The position numbers were made by a program, and so were the translations under genes. Positions 1 to 9,711 of a DNA stretch of 64,000 nt are shown in pieces (within the stretch, counting starts at the first letter, position 1; the number at the start of each line of letters is the position of its first letter). This DNA comes from a virus, in the IMG/VR virus record IMGVR_UViG_3300049489_001336, positions 1 to 64,000 of that record; one strand, given 5' to 3'. A model generated the notes under the pieces. The model did no database searches. It was given only the letters and a program-made list of their open reading frames with translations, and was not told the origin of the DNA.

Positions 1-140
1 CCGGTTTCACCAACCAAACAAACAGTGAGCTTCCGAGGCATGCGCCACGCAATGCTCAAAATCTTAGGGATTTGACCAATGCCCGTGGGCTGAATCCCTA
101 GTTTTTCCCAAGCCTCGACAATGTCTTTCTTATCTGCCAT
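1..140 (-). CDS. P-loop (AAA-like) ATPase, 5' part, truncated by window edge
   Basis: Manual translation of the minus strand from ATG at 140: MADKKDIVEAWEKLGIQPTGIGQIPKILSIAWRMPRKLTVCLVGETG. A hydrophobic strand followed by GETG is the start of a Walker A loop. Not in the ORF track. Confidence 0.6.
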   Translation of the reverse strand, partial: MADKKDIVEAWEKLGIQPTGIGQIPKILSIAWRMPRKLTVCLVGET

Positions 141-167
141 GATTTCTCACTATATTTTTACAGGTCA

Positions 168-1856
168 ATGAACATAAATAAGCCAGCACACGAGTCCCAA
201 GAATCGCTCTCCATTAGGAGATCTGATTGGGTCACTACTTTATTATACCTCGATGGGAAGTCATTTTCGCTTGACCATTTCCCCTTCTATAAACACATAT
301 ACGACAACATTTATCCAGCGCTCCTGCTAAAGACAGCGCGACAGGTTGCGAAGAGTACGACGCTCGCGAACTTCCTGATTATGGAAGCTTGTAGCACGCC
401 GCACTGGAAAAGCTTTTTTATCGCACCGAGCCAAGAGCAGACAACTAAGTTCTCACAAACGCGTGTCGGTAAAACGATCTTCTACTCCCCAGAAATCCGA
501 AAACGTTGGGTTTCTAAAGAGCTGTCCAGTCGTGTTTATCAGAAAATGTTCACGAACGGTTCTGAACTCGCCTTCTCGTACGCCAGCGACGACCCCGACC
601 GTGCTCGTGGTGTTTCTGCAGATCGCGTCGCGTATGACGAGGTGCAGGACATCCTTTACGACGAAGTTATTCCCGTTGTCAACGAGTGCATGGCGAACTC
701 AGACTTCGCCTATGAGACCTACTGCGGCACGCCCAAGTCAATGGAGAATACCATTGAACAACTTTGGCAGTGGAGCACGCAAACAGAATGGGCCATTAAA
801 TGCACAGGCTGCAACACCTGGCAGTTCTTTGTAGACGACCGTTGCATCGGTAAAAATGGGCCTATTTGCCTAAAATGTGGCAAATACATCAATGTACGCA
901 ATGGTGAATGGGTAGATACGCATATTTACCCAAAGGATCATACTGGTAAACGTATCAAAGGGTTTCACGTCCCGCAGGTCATTCTACCCAAGAACGTACC
1001 TGCGTCGATGCCCTCTGACTACAAAAACCAAGAAGTAGCAATTAACCGTTGGCGACGCATTTTAGAGAAACATGCGGTGTACCCACCCTCGAAATTTAAG
1101 AACGAGGTAATGGGAGTATCCGATGCCATCGGTACACGCCTTATATCAAAAGAAGAATTAGAGTCTTTCTGCAAAGACTACGTAATTACCGAGTATCCGC
1201 CACAAAATATGATGCTCTCGGATATTCGAGGCATTGTCGCAGGCGTGGACTGGTCCGGTGGGGGTATGAACGGTAATTCCCGAACCGTTTTTTGGATTTG
1301 GGGCATTGTCGCAGGAACTACCGAACACAACTTCAAACTCAAAACCCTTTACTTCAAGATTTACCCTGAGACTAACCCGATTTCGGGCGGTGTTATTGAC
1401 CATATTTGCGATATGTGCGAACGCTATAACGTGTCGCTCGTTATTGGCGACGCTGGCGAAGGCGCCTTGGCTAACTCTAATTTGCGCGAACGGTTAGGAC
1501 CACACCGCGCCATGCAAGTGCAGTATCGCGGTGGCGTAGGCGGCGGTGCAGGTGGAGGCAATTCCCGCCCATTTTACTGGAATCGTGTAGACCGCTTTTT
1601 AGCGGACCGCACTACGATGATTGACCACTTCTTTATGTACGTAAAAAGAGGTGGCGTCGTGTACCCCAACGTTCGTCAGATGCAAATTCCTATCAAGGAT
1701 ATGCTGAACGAATTTGAAGAGGTTACAAATCAAGGCCGTAAGGTTTGGCGGCACGCTCCATCACAACCTGATGACTGTTTACATGCGCAGATCTTCGGTT
1801 GGATGGCTGCTAAATTTATGACGCTGGACCCGATGTTTACGTATAACGGAAGCTAA
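168..1856 (+). CDS. terL: Terminase large subunit, GpA-like
   Basis: KTARQVAKST Walker A-like motif, RGVSADRVAYDEVQD Walker B, GTPKS coupling motif, CTGC...CLKC Zn ribbon, GVDW nuclease Asp and C-terminal PDDCLHA nuclease motif. Confidence 0.85.
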   Translation: MNINKPAHESQESLSIRRSDWVTTLLYLDGKSFSLDHFPFYKHIYDNIYPALLLKTARQVAKSTTLANFLIMEACSTPHWKSFFIAPSQEQTTKFSQTRVGKTIFYSPEIRKRWVSKELSSRVYQKMFTNGSELAFSYASDDPDRARGVSADRVAYDEVQDILYDEVIPVVNECMANSDFAYETYCGTPKSMENTIEQLWQWSTQTEWAIKCTGCNTWQFFVDDRCIGKNGPICLKCGKYINVRNGEWVDTHIYPKDHTGKRIKGFHVPQVILPKNVPASMPSDYKNQEVAINRWRRILEKHAVYPPSKFKNEVMGVSDAIGTRLISKEELESFCKDYVITEYPPQNMMLSDIRGIVAGVDWSGGGMNGNSRTVFWIWGIVAGTTEHNFKLKTLYFKIYPETNPISGGVIDHICDMCERYNVSLVIGDAGEGALANSNLRERLGPHRAMQVQYRGGVGGGAGGGNSRPFYWNRVDRFLADRTTMIDHFFMYVKRGGVVYPNVRQMQIPIKDMLNEFEEVTNQGRKVWRHAPSQPDDCLHAQIFGWMAAKFMTLDPMFTYNGS

Positions 1857-1948
1857 AAAAAGAGCAGCACCTTAGTACCGGGACATCCCGTTACCGCAGG
1901 ATGAACACAGAAGAGACTCTAACAAGGAGAAACCTAAGGTGCTGCTCA
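1857..1948 (-). ncRNA. Candidate small RNA / structured terminator between convergent genes
   Basis: Perfect 14-bp inverted repeat (1862-1875 / 1934-1947) enclosing an internal CAUCCUG/CGGGAUG hairpin and an anti-SD tract. On the minus strand it has a U7 tail and an upstream TGTGGTATAAG extended -10. Confidence 0.5.
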
Positions 1949-1950
1949 AT

Positions 1951-1981
1951 TGCTTATACCACAAACAGCTACTTTTTATGC
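1951..1981 (-). promoter_or_regulatory. Promoter, CATAAAAA-N11-TGGTATAA type
   Basis: Extended -10 TGnTATAA. The same bipartite motif recurs at 58402-58430. Confidence 0.5.
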
Positions 1982-2464
1982 AATGTCAACTTCTTGCATT
2001 GCGACTTTGCCTTTGAGCTGAAACTTAAACATGCGGTGCTGAATCACAAAACCCGGATACGCCGCTAGAATAATCTCTGCGGGCGCTTGTTGAGCTCTGA
2101 TGGCGCTTTTCTTAAGTACAAGCGTGCGTCCGACATTGAAAATAGGCATGAAGTTCAAGGTCTTCTGCATTTGAAGAACACAAGGGTCAAGAAGCACCAC
2201 GTCTTCGTCCGTCGTGTTCAAAATAATTCCAAGCATCGGGCCCTCTGCCGTCGAAAGCAGCTCCACACGACAGGGCTTTTGGCACAGGTCATCGTCTTGT
2301 ACGTACACATGGTCTACGTACGAGTTCGTCGTCATGGCGCCTGACAATTCCCACTCGGCTATTTTCCGTGGAGTCTCGTCAGGGACATTCGACGAAAGGA
2401 CTTCTTTAGTTACATATTTCCACTCAGGAATTGTCTCATGCACAACCCCGTACGTGAATTTCAT
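1976..2464 (-). CDS. Hypothetical protein
   Basis: Open frame directly downstream of polA; start taken at MKFTYGVV to avoid overlap with polA. Confidence 0.6.
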   Translation of the reverse strand: MKFTYGVVHETIPEWKYVTKEVLSSNVPDETPRKIAEWELSGAMTTNSYVDHVYVQDDDLCQKPCRVELLSTAEGPMLGIILNTTDEDVVLLDPCVLQMQKTLNFMPIFNVGRTLVLKKSAIRAQQAPAEIILAAYPGFVIQHRMFKFQLKGKVAMQEVDIA

Positions 2465-2489
2465 TCCGTACTTTTCGAAGGACTTTGTT

Positions 2490-5400
2490 TCAAGCCGCCT
2501 CGAAGGCGTGGTTTCTAAGCTCTGTGAGAAGCTCATGTTCTTCAATGACTCCTTCTTCTTCAATTTGAATAGGGTACTTGGCAAGGTACTTCGGAATAGC
2601 CTGACACTCGCCGTAATTAGGCCCTATCTCAATATCAGCTTTGAAGGGTACAGGCAACCAATTGTATTTCTCACTCACGCGCTTTTCTGCATGATATGTG
2701 ACGAAATCTTCTAATTGGTGAACGTATTTCTTCGGAAACTGGAAGACCAAAGAATCGTGCACTGTAAGAAGCATTCTGCCACCAAAGGCATGGCGCAGTG
2801 GCGCATCCATTTCTACAAGCTGCCCAATCACGATATCAGAGCTTGTAGACTGAATCTTGAAATTACGGGCTTGGCGTTTGGCGCGTCCTGCATAGCGAGA
2901 AATACGCGCCAAGGGGAAGCGTCGGCGACGACCAAAGTGAGTTTCGACCCAACCGTTGAGTTCGACTTCGCGCTCAACACGTTGTGCGTACAATTTGATT
3001 TCAGGGAACATCGCGTACAAGAGGTCAATGAGCTCTTGGGCTTTTTCTAGGCTTACGCCGATAGTCTCAGAGATTTTCTCGGGACCCGCGCCGTACAAAA
3101 TACCGAATACGACGCGTTTGATTTGAGAGCGCTCAACGTCGAGCAATGTACGGAAATTCTTGTCTGGGAACATTTCCGCATTATCGCGATTTGCATAGAC
3201 TTCGTAGGGCCGCTGAAAGACCTTGGAAGCGAAGAAGCTATGCATATCCAAGCCGTCATTAAGAGCTTGGATAAGGTCCTTGTCGCGCGCGTACGCAGTG
3301 AAAACACGAACCTCAGCGCCTTTGTAGTCGACGTTGGCAAATACGAAAGAGTCGTCGTCCGGCACGAACAACTTTTTGAGATTCCAACCTGCCAACATTT
3401 TGGGCAAGTTCTGCATGTTCATGTCACTACTGGACAACCGTCCAGTACCGGTCCCGTTTAAGTGAAACTGTGTATGTAAAAACCCATCGCGCTTCGAAAG
3501 GGCGCGTATGTTCACCAAAAACGTATCGCGTGCTTTGAGCGCTTTGCGGTACCGCAACAAACGCTCAACAAAGTAGGCTTCAGGCGCGGGTATTTTTCTG
3601 TCGTTGTCTTCGTACTTAAGGAACTGCCGCAATGTTTTTTCTGCGGTGCTCTCTTTCCCTTTCTTAGTGGTCTCTAAGACAGGGTAAGCGGGCATGCGCG
3701 TACCGTTAGGGTGCGTCCAACCTGTTTGGTAGAGCACCTCAATAATACCAGGGCCTGCCAGCTTTAGGGGTTTACCATTAGCTGTGGCATACCCCGCCAT
3801 CGAATAAAGCTCAGCCTCGGTGCTGTTAATTATCTTTGTCAGCGCGTCTTCGAGCACATCAATGTAGGGTTGATCAACGCGGGTACCGTAGTACTCCATG
3901 CGCCCAAGCACGCGAGAGGCAGGAATCGCATGCGTCTTCATCAAGGGCGCTACGCGTGACGACTCTTGCCTGATGCGCTGCATCTGGTTGCTTGAGAGCT
4001 GTCGCGTAACGTCGCCATCTACAGCGCCGTATACTTGAAGGTCATGGATCGGGATGTTTTCGAAACCCGCATCCTTGCTGATTTCCTGTTCTTTCTTGGA
4101 ACGCGGGTCTTTAGGTTTCTTGGGTTCTTTAACAGCGGTCGGCTTCTCAGGCTTTTTGTCAAACCACTTGGTGGGCTTTTTAGGCTTACCCTTCTTGCCC
4201 TTAGGCCAGTCGGCTACTTCGACTTGCCAAGCCGCTACAAGCCCTTCCAAGTGCGATTTCATGAACTCGTAATCGTCCAAAGCCATTTTATACTTGGCTT
4301 GGGCTTCTTCAAAAACGACGCGTTCACGTTCATAGACCACAAGCTGTTCTTTGTACTCTTTGAGCGCCTGAATAAACTCAGGATGTTCTTCAGCAACGTC
4401 TTTAAGGTCTTCGATTTCTTTTTCAGTTTCGTCAACCTTAGAAACTGTCTCGTCGTCCTGAAGCAAGTCATAGAGTTTGTCCTCGTACCCGCAATATTCC
4501 GGAAGCAGATTTGCGGTGAGAACCTTCAAACCATAATTGCCCTTTTTATCCTCATCAAGGAGGTGCTCTCCTAACAAGGTGTCCCACACCACTTTGTTTA
4601 CTGGGGTTTGATAACGCAGCTCAATGAATTTGAGATCGAATTTTGCGTTATGAAAAATCTTTGGTTTGGTACTCTGAAGAATTAGCTTTATCCACTCCCA
4701 AAGCTCCGGCAAACGGCGGAGGTACTCTTCACCGGCATGAGGGTGGTCATAAAGAATCGTCGTGGCTAGGCCCGTACCCCAGCCAAAACAAAACGCAATA
4801 ATCTTGGAGCTCTCTTTTTCAGGATGCAGCGTATTTGTTTCGGTATCGACCGAAATCATCCAATCATCCGGAGAGAGCTTCGAATCGGGGCCTTTGTACT
4901 CCAAGATCTCTTTGCAAACAGCAATGGCTTCATCAATTGTCTTTGGCGTGCGATAGTTCTTTGCGATGTCGTCGAGTGCTCGTTTTTCTTTGGACTCGAA
5001 AAGAACACGGTCATACACGTTTTTCAGATTGAATTTAAACGTCTCGAAAATCCCCGGCGCAGCCATCAATGCCTTCTCGCTGAAGGTGACAAAGATAGGC
5101 GCTTCGTACTGGATACTGGTCAAAAACTTGTTACGGACTTCACTGTACTGCTGCTTAAAACCAAGCTGTTTAAGCGCAGTAGCGCCCATCGCAACTATGA
5201 CCTTCGGCTGAAGGCTCTTAATAGAACCCGCCAAATAAGGTTGGCACTGCAACATCACTGTTTTAGGTGGTGCAGTGTCGTCAGGGCTTACGCATTGAAC
5301 CGCGTACGTCGTTGCATATCGCAGCGAAGCGTAGCGTTTATCTTTAGTCCGCAACCCCTCAACCGCTGTCTTTAAAATACGACCACTATGCCCCGACAAA

Positions 5401-5546
5401 GGCACATTCGCAGTTGCAGACACGTTGTCTGGCTGTTCCGCGATAAACAGAATGTCTACACTGCCTGGTAATTTATGGAATCCACAGCGAGCATTTTCAA
5501 AACGAGGACAACCATTACACATCTGTCCTTTTGTACCTTCTGACAT
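2490..5546 (-). CDS. polA: Family A DNA polymerase with N-terminal uracil-DNA-glycosylase-like domain and 3'-5' exonuclease
   Basis: N-terminal CxxC...FIAEQP...YAVQC...IVAMGATA (family 4 UDG-like). Exonuclease motifs VDTET, FHNAKFD, YGAVDGD. Polymerase motifs TGRLSS..NMQN, A (DYKGAE), B (RSQIKRVVFGILYG) and C (VHDS). Confidence 0.92.
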   Translation of the reverse strand: MSEGTKGQMCNGCPRFENARCGFHKLPGSVDILFIAEQPDNVSATANVPLSGHSGRILKTAVEGLRTKDKRYASLRYATTYAVQCVSPDDTAPPKTVMLQCQPYLAGSIKSLQPKVIVAMGATALKQLGFKQQYSEVRNKFLTSIQYEAPIFVTFSEKALMAAPGIFETFKFNLKNVYDRVLFESKEKRALDDIAKNYRTPKTIDEAIAVCKEILEYKGPDSKLSPDDWMISVDTETNTLHPEKESSKIIAFCFGWGTGLATTILYDHPHAGEEYLRRLPELWEWIKLILQSTKPKIFHNAKFDLKFIELRYQTPVNKVVWDTLLGEHLLDEDKKGNYGLKVLTANLLPEYCGYEDKLYDLLQDDETVSKVDETEKEIEDLKDVAEEHPEFIQALKEYKEQLVVYERERVVFEEAQAKYKMALDDYEFMKSHLEGLVAAWQVEVADWPKGKKGKPKKPTKWFDKKPEKPTAVKEPKKPKDPRSKKEQEISKDAGFENIPIHDLQVYGAVDGDVTRQLSSNQMQRIRQESSRVAPLMKTHAIPASRVLGRMEYYGTRVDQPYIDVLEDALTKIINSTEAELYSMAGYATANGKPLKLAGPGIIEVLYQTGWTHPNGTRMPAYPVLETTKKGKESTAEKTLRQFLKYEDNDRKIPAPEAYFVERLLRYRKALKARDTFLVNIRALSKRDGFLHTQFHLNGTGTGRLSSSDMNMQNLPKMLAGWNLKKLFVPDDDSFVFANVDYKGAEVRVFTAYARDKDLIQALNDGLDMHSFFASKVFQRPYEVYANRDNAEMFPDKNFRTLLDVERSQIKRVVFGILYGAGPEKISETIGVSLEKAQELIDLLYAMFPEIKLYAQRVEREVELNGWVETHFGRRRRFPLARISRYAGRAKRQARNFKIQSTSSDIVIGQLVEMDAPLRHAFGGRMLLTVHDSLVFQFPKKYVHQLEDFVTYHAEKRVSEKYNWLPVPFKADIEIGPNYGECQAIPKYLAKYPIQIEEEGVIEEHELLTELRNHAFEAA

Positions 5547-5548
5547 GC

Positions 5549-8500
5549 TCAATCTCCAAGAAGGTCAGGTTCTTCATAATACGTGTTATGTTGTTTTTTG
5601 CTAGCAGCGGCTTGTTCAGCAGCCACTTCACGCACAATACTCTCATGAAGCGCAATAAGGTTATTGGTAGTGATGACGGTATAAATATCGTTAGTGCCCG
5701 TCATACCATTCGCGAGTAGGCGTTTAACAATGCCCATTTTCTCAGCACTTTGACGTTCTAAAACCCAGTCAGAAGCCGTCTCAGCTTCGCTCTTTAGCGC
5801 GAATGCCGTTTTATTTCTGTGTACAGAACTACGTAAAAGATTTTGTTTTACTTCTGACCAAGCGATGCCAATGCACTGAGACACTTCGTCATAGTACACG
5901 CCGGTATGCGTCTGATTAATTTTCTCACGTTGCTGGGCCATAAGCAACATGCTCTTAATGTTCGTAACCTGGCTGTCTTCTTCTTTTGACGTAAAGTTGG
6001 TTGTCAAGATCGCATCGATAAGAGCATGTCCCGTAGTGGACTTACTCCGCTCACGTACGGCCTGTGCCCGAGAGTCTCGGTAATCATCGATGAATTTCTG
6101 GCCATTTATGCCAAATACGCTGAGAATTGCCGCCATCGGCATGAGGTTCTCAGTGAAACGATCTACGTTTTGTATGTGCGTTTTACCGCCGGCGTCATTC
6201 TCGCGGCGATTACCGTAGTAATCGTACAAGAACTGGTATTCTTTGGCGATGCGCGGTGCAAGATGCAAGCTGTGTTTTAACACGCTTATGCGCATGTTCT
6301 GAATCGTCTCGACAGGGAATTTATTTGCCAACAAGAGCTTGACGTTTCCGCGACTCGTGTTTTTACGCAAACAAATCGTATTAAAGCGCGACTCATCCAT
6401 GGGATGGTGAATGACGGTACCTGCTGCCGTAATCACTGAGTTGCGAATGACGTAGCGACGGCCCGTGCCGTCTTGCGTACCTTGGTTGAGCTGTGCTGCA
6501 CCTGAAGTCGCCAAAGCGCGACAGCGCGCATAAAAATCTTTCTTTTTATGCGATTCGTTGCTGCCGTCATCGTTGTCATTCATCTCGTCAAGGGCTGCTA
6601 CAAGACGCGAATTCGAGAACATCTGGTAGAACGCCGCTTGCGTAAACGTCTCCATTGCCAACGCATGGTCGCACAGAGAAAAGCGACGCATTTGCGAGTG
6701 GTTCGCCATAATCGACAAAAGCGACGTTTTGCCGGATTCGAATTGCGCGTAAAGGTGCGTGAGCATTCGACGCCCCGGCATTACGTCGAACAAATAATTG
6801 TAGAATACGAGCCCCGCGCAGTACAAAGAGTCTACGTCTTGATTCACGAATTCAAAACCCGTCTGAATCAAGTCATGGACCATTTTAAAGGTTTGCGGCG
6901 CCGTATATGGAGGCGGTGTGAGCAAATCCTTGGGATCCGAAATAAGACGGGTCCAGCCTACGGACATGTCATCGAATAGCGCAATTCGGTGCTCTAAATC
7001 GAAAACAACAGGGCCGTCTGCAGGCCCCCCTAATTCCGCTGCAGCAGACAACCCCGAGTGGTCTGGCTGCCACTCCAAGCGATAAACACGATTGCCATTG
7101 ACGATATATCCGCGTTCGCCGTTCTCGACACCCGCAAGGTGAATTCCTTGGCCCTTTAAGCTAGATACGTCATGCGTGGCTTCAGCAGCAAGGATACGCA
7201 ATGCACGCTGAATATCCTTGTCGATCATTGACTCTACTTTGTCAATGAGCGTGGACGTCACTTCCTCTTCAGCGTCCAAATCAGGGTAATACGCAGGCAG
7301 TCCTACGTCTTTAGCCCAGTAATACTTATTGCCTACTTTGCAGTCAGCGATAAAAGTCGTAATCGCAGTCGGATGGTCGACGCTCAAATGTAAGTAGTGC
7401 TTCTTCTCTTTATTCCAAAGCTTCAAAAGACAATCGCGACTATCCCAAGTGGTGACCTGGTATTTGCCGCGAATCCATTCAGCGATGGCTTCCATAAAGT
7501 CTAGAGCAGAACCTTGAAGACGTGCTGCTCCCTTAACAATTTCCCCAACACTGGCTTTAGGAAAGGCTTTTGAGAATTCTTCTGCAAAGGCTTTGCGCTC
7601 AGCTTCATTTCGAAGCAACGCACCCCACTCTGCGGCAATATCGTTGGTAGCAACGACATTGTCAGAGTGAACACCTTGCATTTGTTCTTTGGCACGCTCA
7701 AAACACCAACGAGGGGCGTATGTGTAGTTACGTGCGTGGCACAGCTCTGTAATAACGGTATCAAACCCGTGCAGCTTTACAGCTTCATCAGGGTCAATTT
7801 TCCCCTCTTTTGTGTTCTTAATTGAGAGGGGCCATTTGAATACCTGAAACGTAATTTTACGCGTTTTAGACAACAAATCTATAGGGTACTTACCCCCTGC
7901 TTCGTCGTCGTCGCCCACAACACGGCATTCAGAAAAACCAAGCTCCGCCATGAAGTCAACGCCGTCATGGCCACTACCGCCCAGCGCGATGATGGGCTCA
8001 ACGATTTGTCCTGAATTTTCCTGTCCCAGAAAGAGCGCGATTTGATCGTGTTCACCCTCAACGGCGATAAATCGCGTGACCTTTTCATGTCCATAAAACG
8101 GGTAAAAAGAAGGCGTTAATACGCCAAAGCCTCCTAAGGCTTCTTCGCTATCAGGACGCACAAAACGAATAAGGTCTTTATCAGGAGATGGAGGCCTAAG
8201 CTTAAACGCGCTGAGCACATCAGGAGAAAGCGCGTACGTATAAACAACACAATCTACGTAAGCATTATTGAGGTAATCTCCCAATAAACGCTTACACCAA
8301 CTGATGTCCTCATCGGTTGCTTTATTTAGCCGTGCAAGGCGTTCAAGCGCAGGTAGCCGTGGTAGGGCTCCGATAGATGGAATTGCCTGGATGTCCTGTA
8401 TTCCACGGATACGTAGCCAATTGACTGTTTTGCGCGCAGTCTCCGGCATTTGATCTGCGACCCAAATCTCGCAGAGGTACGTGTGGAAAATCTCATTCAG

Positions 8501-8890
8501 AAGCCGCATACGCCGCTGCGTAAGCTCTGCCTCTGTGATGTTCTTTATATCGACAGTCTTCGAAAGACCAAAATGCTGGCGGAATTGTGCAAAAGCTTCA
8601 TTATATCCGCCGCCAGGAAAATAGCGCGCTACGACTTTGATCGGGTCTTGGACATACGTATTACACGCATGACATTTGAAATAACCCTTGACTAAATGAA
8701 TCGTACCCGAAGGATTTTTATCAGCATGAAAGGGGCAGCAAAGTTTGATCGTATCGCCCGCTTCTCGAACGTGTTGTGCACCTAGTAAGTTAAGAAGGTC
8801 TGTCCATTTTTGTACTGGCTGTTTCCACAGTTTTCGCAGCTCAGCGTGATCAAATTTTACGCGCTCAGCTGTCTTCTCCTGCTTCGACAT
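5549..8890 (-). CDS. Primase-helicase fusion (CHC2 Zn finger, TOPRIM, C-terminal P-loop NTPase)
   Basis: CCPFHAD...KCHAC Zn finger, AVEGEHD and GDDDEAG TOPRIM motifs, AQFESGKTS Walker A-like and ALDEMND Walker B-like motifs. Confidence 0.75.
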   Translation of the reverse strand: MSKQEKTAERVKFDHAELRKLWKQPVQKWTDLLNLLGAQHVREAGDTIKLCCPFHADKNPSGTIHLVKGYFKCHACNTYVQDPIKVVARYFPGGGYNEAFAQFRQHFGLSKTVDIKNITEAELTQRRMRLLNEIFHTYLCEIWVADQMPETARKTVNWLRIRGIQDIQAIPSIGALPRLPALERLARLNKATDEDISWCKRLLGDYLNNAYVDCVVYTYALSPDVLSAFKLRPPSPDKDLIRFVRPDSEEALGGFGVLTPSFYPFYGHEKVTRFIAVEGEHDQIALFLGQENSGQIVEPIIALGGSGHDGVDFMAELGFSECRVVGDDDEAGGKYPIDLLSKTRKITFQVFKWPLSIKNTKEGKIDPDEAVKLHGFDTVITELCHARNYTYAPRWCFERAKEQMQGVHSDNVVATNDIAAEWGALLRNEAERKAFAEEFSKAFPKASVGEIVKGAARLQGSALDFMEAIAEWIRGKYQVTTWDSRDCLLKLWNKEKKHYLHLSVDHPTAITTFIADCKVGNKYYWAKDVGLPAYYPDLDAEEEVTSTLIDKVESMIDKDIQRALRILAAEATHDVSSLKGQGIHLAGVENGERGYIVNGNRVYRLEWQPDHSGLSAAAELGGPADGPVVFDLEHRIALFDDMSVGWTRLISDPKDLLTPPPYTAPQTFKMVHDLIQTGFEFVNQDVDSLYCAGLVFYNYLFDVMPGRRMLTHLYAQFESGKTSLLSIMANHSQMRRFSLCDHALAMETFTQAAFYQMFSNSRLVAALDEMNDNDDGSNESHKKKDFYARCRALATSGAAQLNQGTQDGTGRRYVIRNSVITAAGTVIHHPMDESRFNTICLRKNTSRGNVKLLLANKFPVETIQNMRISVLKHSLHLAPRIAKEYQFLYDYYGNRRENDAGGKTHIQNVDRFTENLMPMAAILSVFGINGQKFIDDYRDSRAQAVRERSKSTTGHALIDAILTTNFTSKEEDSQVTNIKSMLLMAQQREKINQTHTGVYYDEVSQCIGIAWSEVKQNLLRSSVHRNKTAFALKSEAETASDWVLERQSAEKMGIVKRLLANGMTGTNDIYTVITTNNLIALHESIVREVAAEQAAASKKQHNTYYEEPDLLGD

Positions 8891-9659
8891 TATTCCCTCT
8901 AACAGTGCATATTTTGCGGAAATCGCACCAATTGCAGTGCCAACCAGGATTTGCGTCTGGCTGTCTTACACGTTCGGCACGAGCGTTAAGGTAGTTCACC
9001 AACCACGGCTGAAGCACTTCACGAATACGCGCAGGCTTAACGGGGTTGGACCACTCTAACTTGCTGTGTGCTACGTAGTGTAGGGCGCATTGTGTCCCTT
9101 TTAAATCAGGGTAATGCGCCAACGCCATGACCGTATAAATGTCAAGTTGTGGCTGGTAGTAATTGGTGGGACGTACGCGGCCGGTTTTGTGGTCGACGAT
9201 GATAACATGACCGCTGTCTAAGATTAAGCCTAAATCGAGTACCCCACGAATCATGCTGTTCTCATCAGAGAACTCTGTCGGAGTAAAAGAAGGAGTAATT
9301 GCCCATTTTCTTTCTAAAAGAATTTCTCGTACTTTGAAGTTCGTTTTAAACTTCTTTATACGTATATCGAAATCAACAAGCGCTTTCGCAAAAGTCTTGA
9401 CTTGTTCTTTGTCAGAATGCGTCAAGTCATTTTCATTCTCCGAAAGCGCTTGGGAGATCGCGTCATCGACGTGAACACCCGATAAAACTAATTCTTGGGC
9501 CCGGTGAACTGTGACACCTATAACTGCAGCTTTTGACTTAGGCCCTGTAGGTACTCTATGCACGTACCTATAATTAAAAGCTAGTGCGCATGTCGTAGCT
9601 AAGCCCGCTTTAGAGGGAGACCAGGGGGCTTGTTCTAAGAGCGGAAGTAGTTTCGACAT
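8865..9659 (-). CDS. PD-(D/E)XK exonuclease (RecB/Cas4-like)
   Basis: WSPS...C N-terminus, GVTVH, GVLDL...IVDHKTG, QLDIY, and a C-terminal CNWCDFRKIC Cys cluster. Confidence 0.8.
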   Translation of the reverse strand: MSKLLPLLEQAPWSPSKAGLATTCALAFNYRYVHRVPTGPKSKAAVIGVTVHRAQELVLSGVHVDDAISQALSENENDLTHSDKEQVKTFAKALVDFDIRIKKFKTNFKVREILLERKWAITPSFTPTEFSDENSMIRGVLDLGLILDSGHVIIVDHKTGRVRPTNYYQPQLDIYTVMALAHYPDLKGTQCALHYVAHSKLEWSNPVKPARIREVLQPWLVNYLNARAERVRQPDANPGWHCNWCDFRKICTVRGNNVEAGEDS

Positions 9660-9672
9660 GCGTTACCTAAAT

Positions 9673-9703
9673 AAAAAACGGAGACCAAGGGCGTCTCCGT
9701 TTT
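9673..9703 (-). terminator. Rho-independent terminator after the SSB-like gene
   Basis: Stem AAAACGGAGAC/GTCTCCGTTTT with a 7-nt loop, followed by a U-rich tail on the minus strand. Confidence 0.75.
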
Positions 9704-9711
9704 ATGACACA

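Noticed and set aside
1939-2016. 25-codon plus-strand ORF (GTG) after the AAGGAGA at 1924-1930
   Set aside because: Very short, antisense to a real gene's 3' end, and its RBS lies inside the stem-enclosed element. Kept only as an alternative explanation for the SD-like word.
4080-4460. Intein in the DNA polymerase insertion
   Set aside because: No Cys/Ser start, no His-Asn end and no LAGLIDADG/HINT blocks.
6529-6550. CATAAAAA...TTTTTATG inverted repeat resembling the promoter motif
   Set aside because: It lies inside the primase-helicase coding sequence (HKKKDFY) and has no TGGTATAA partner.
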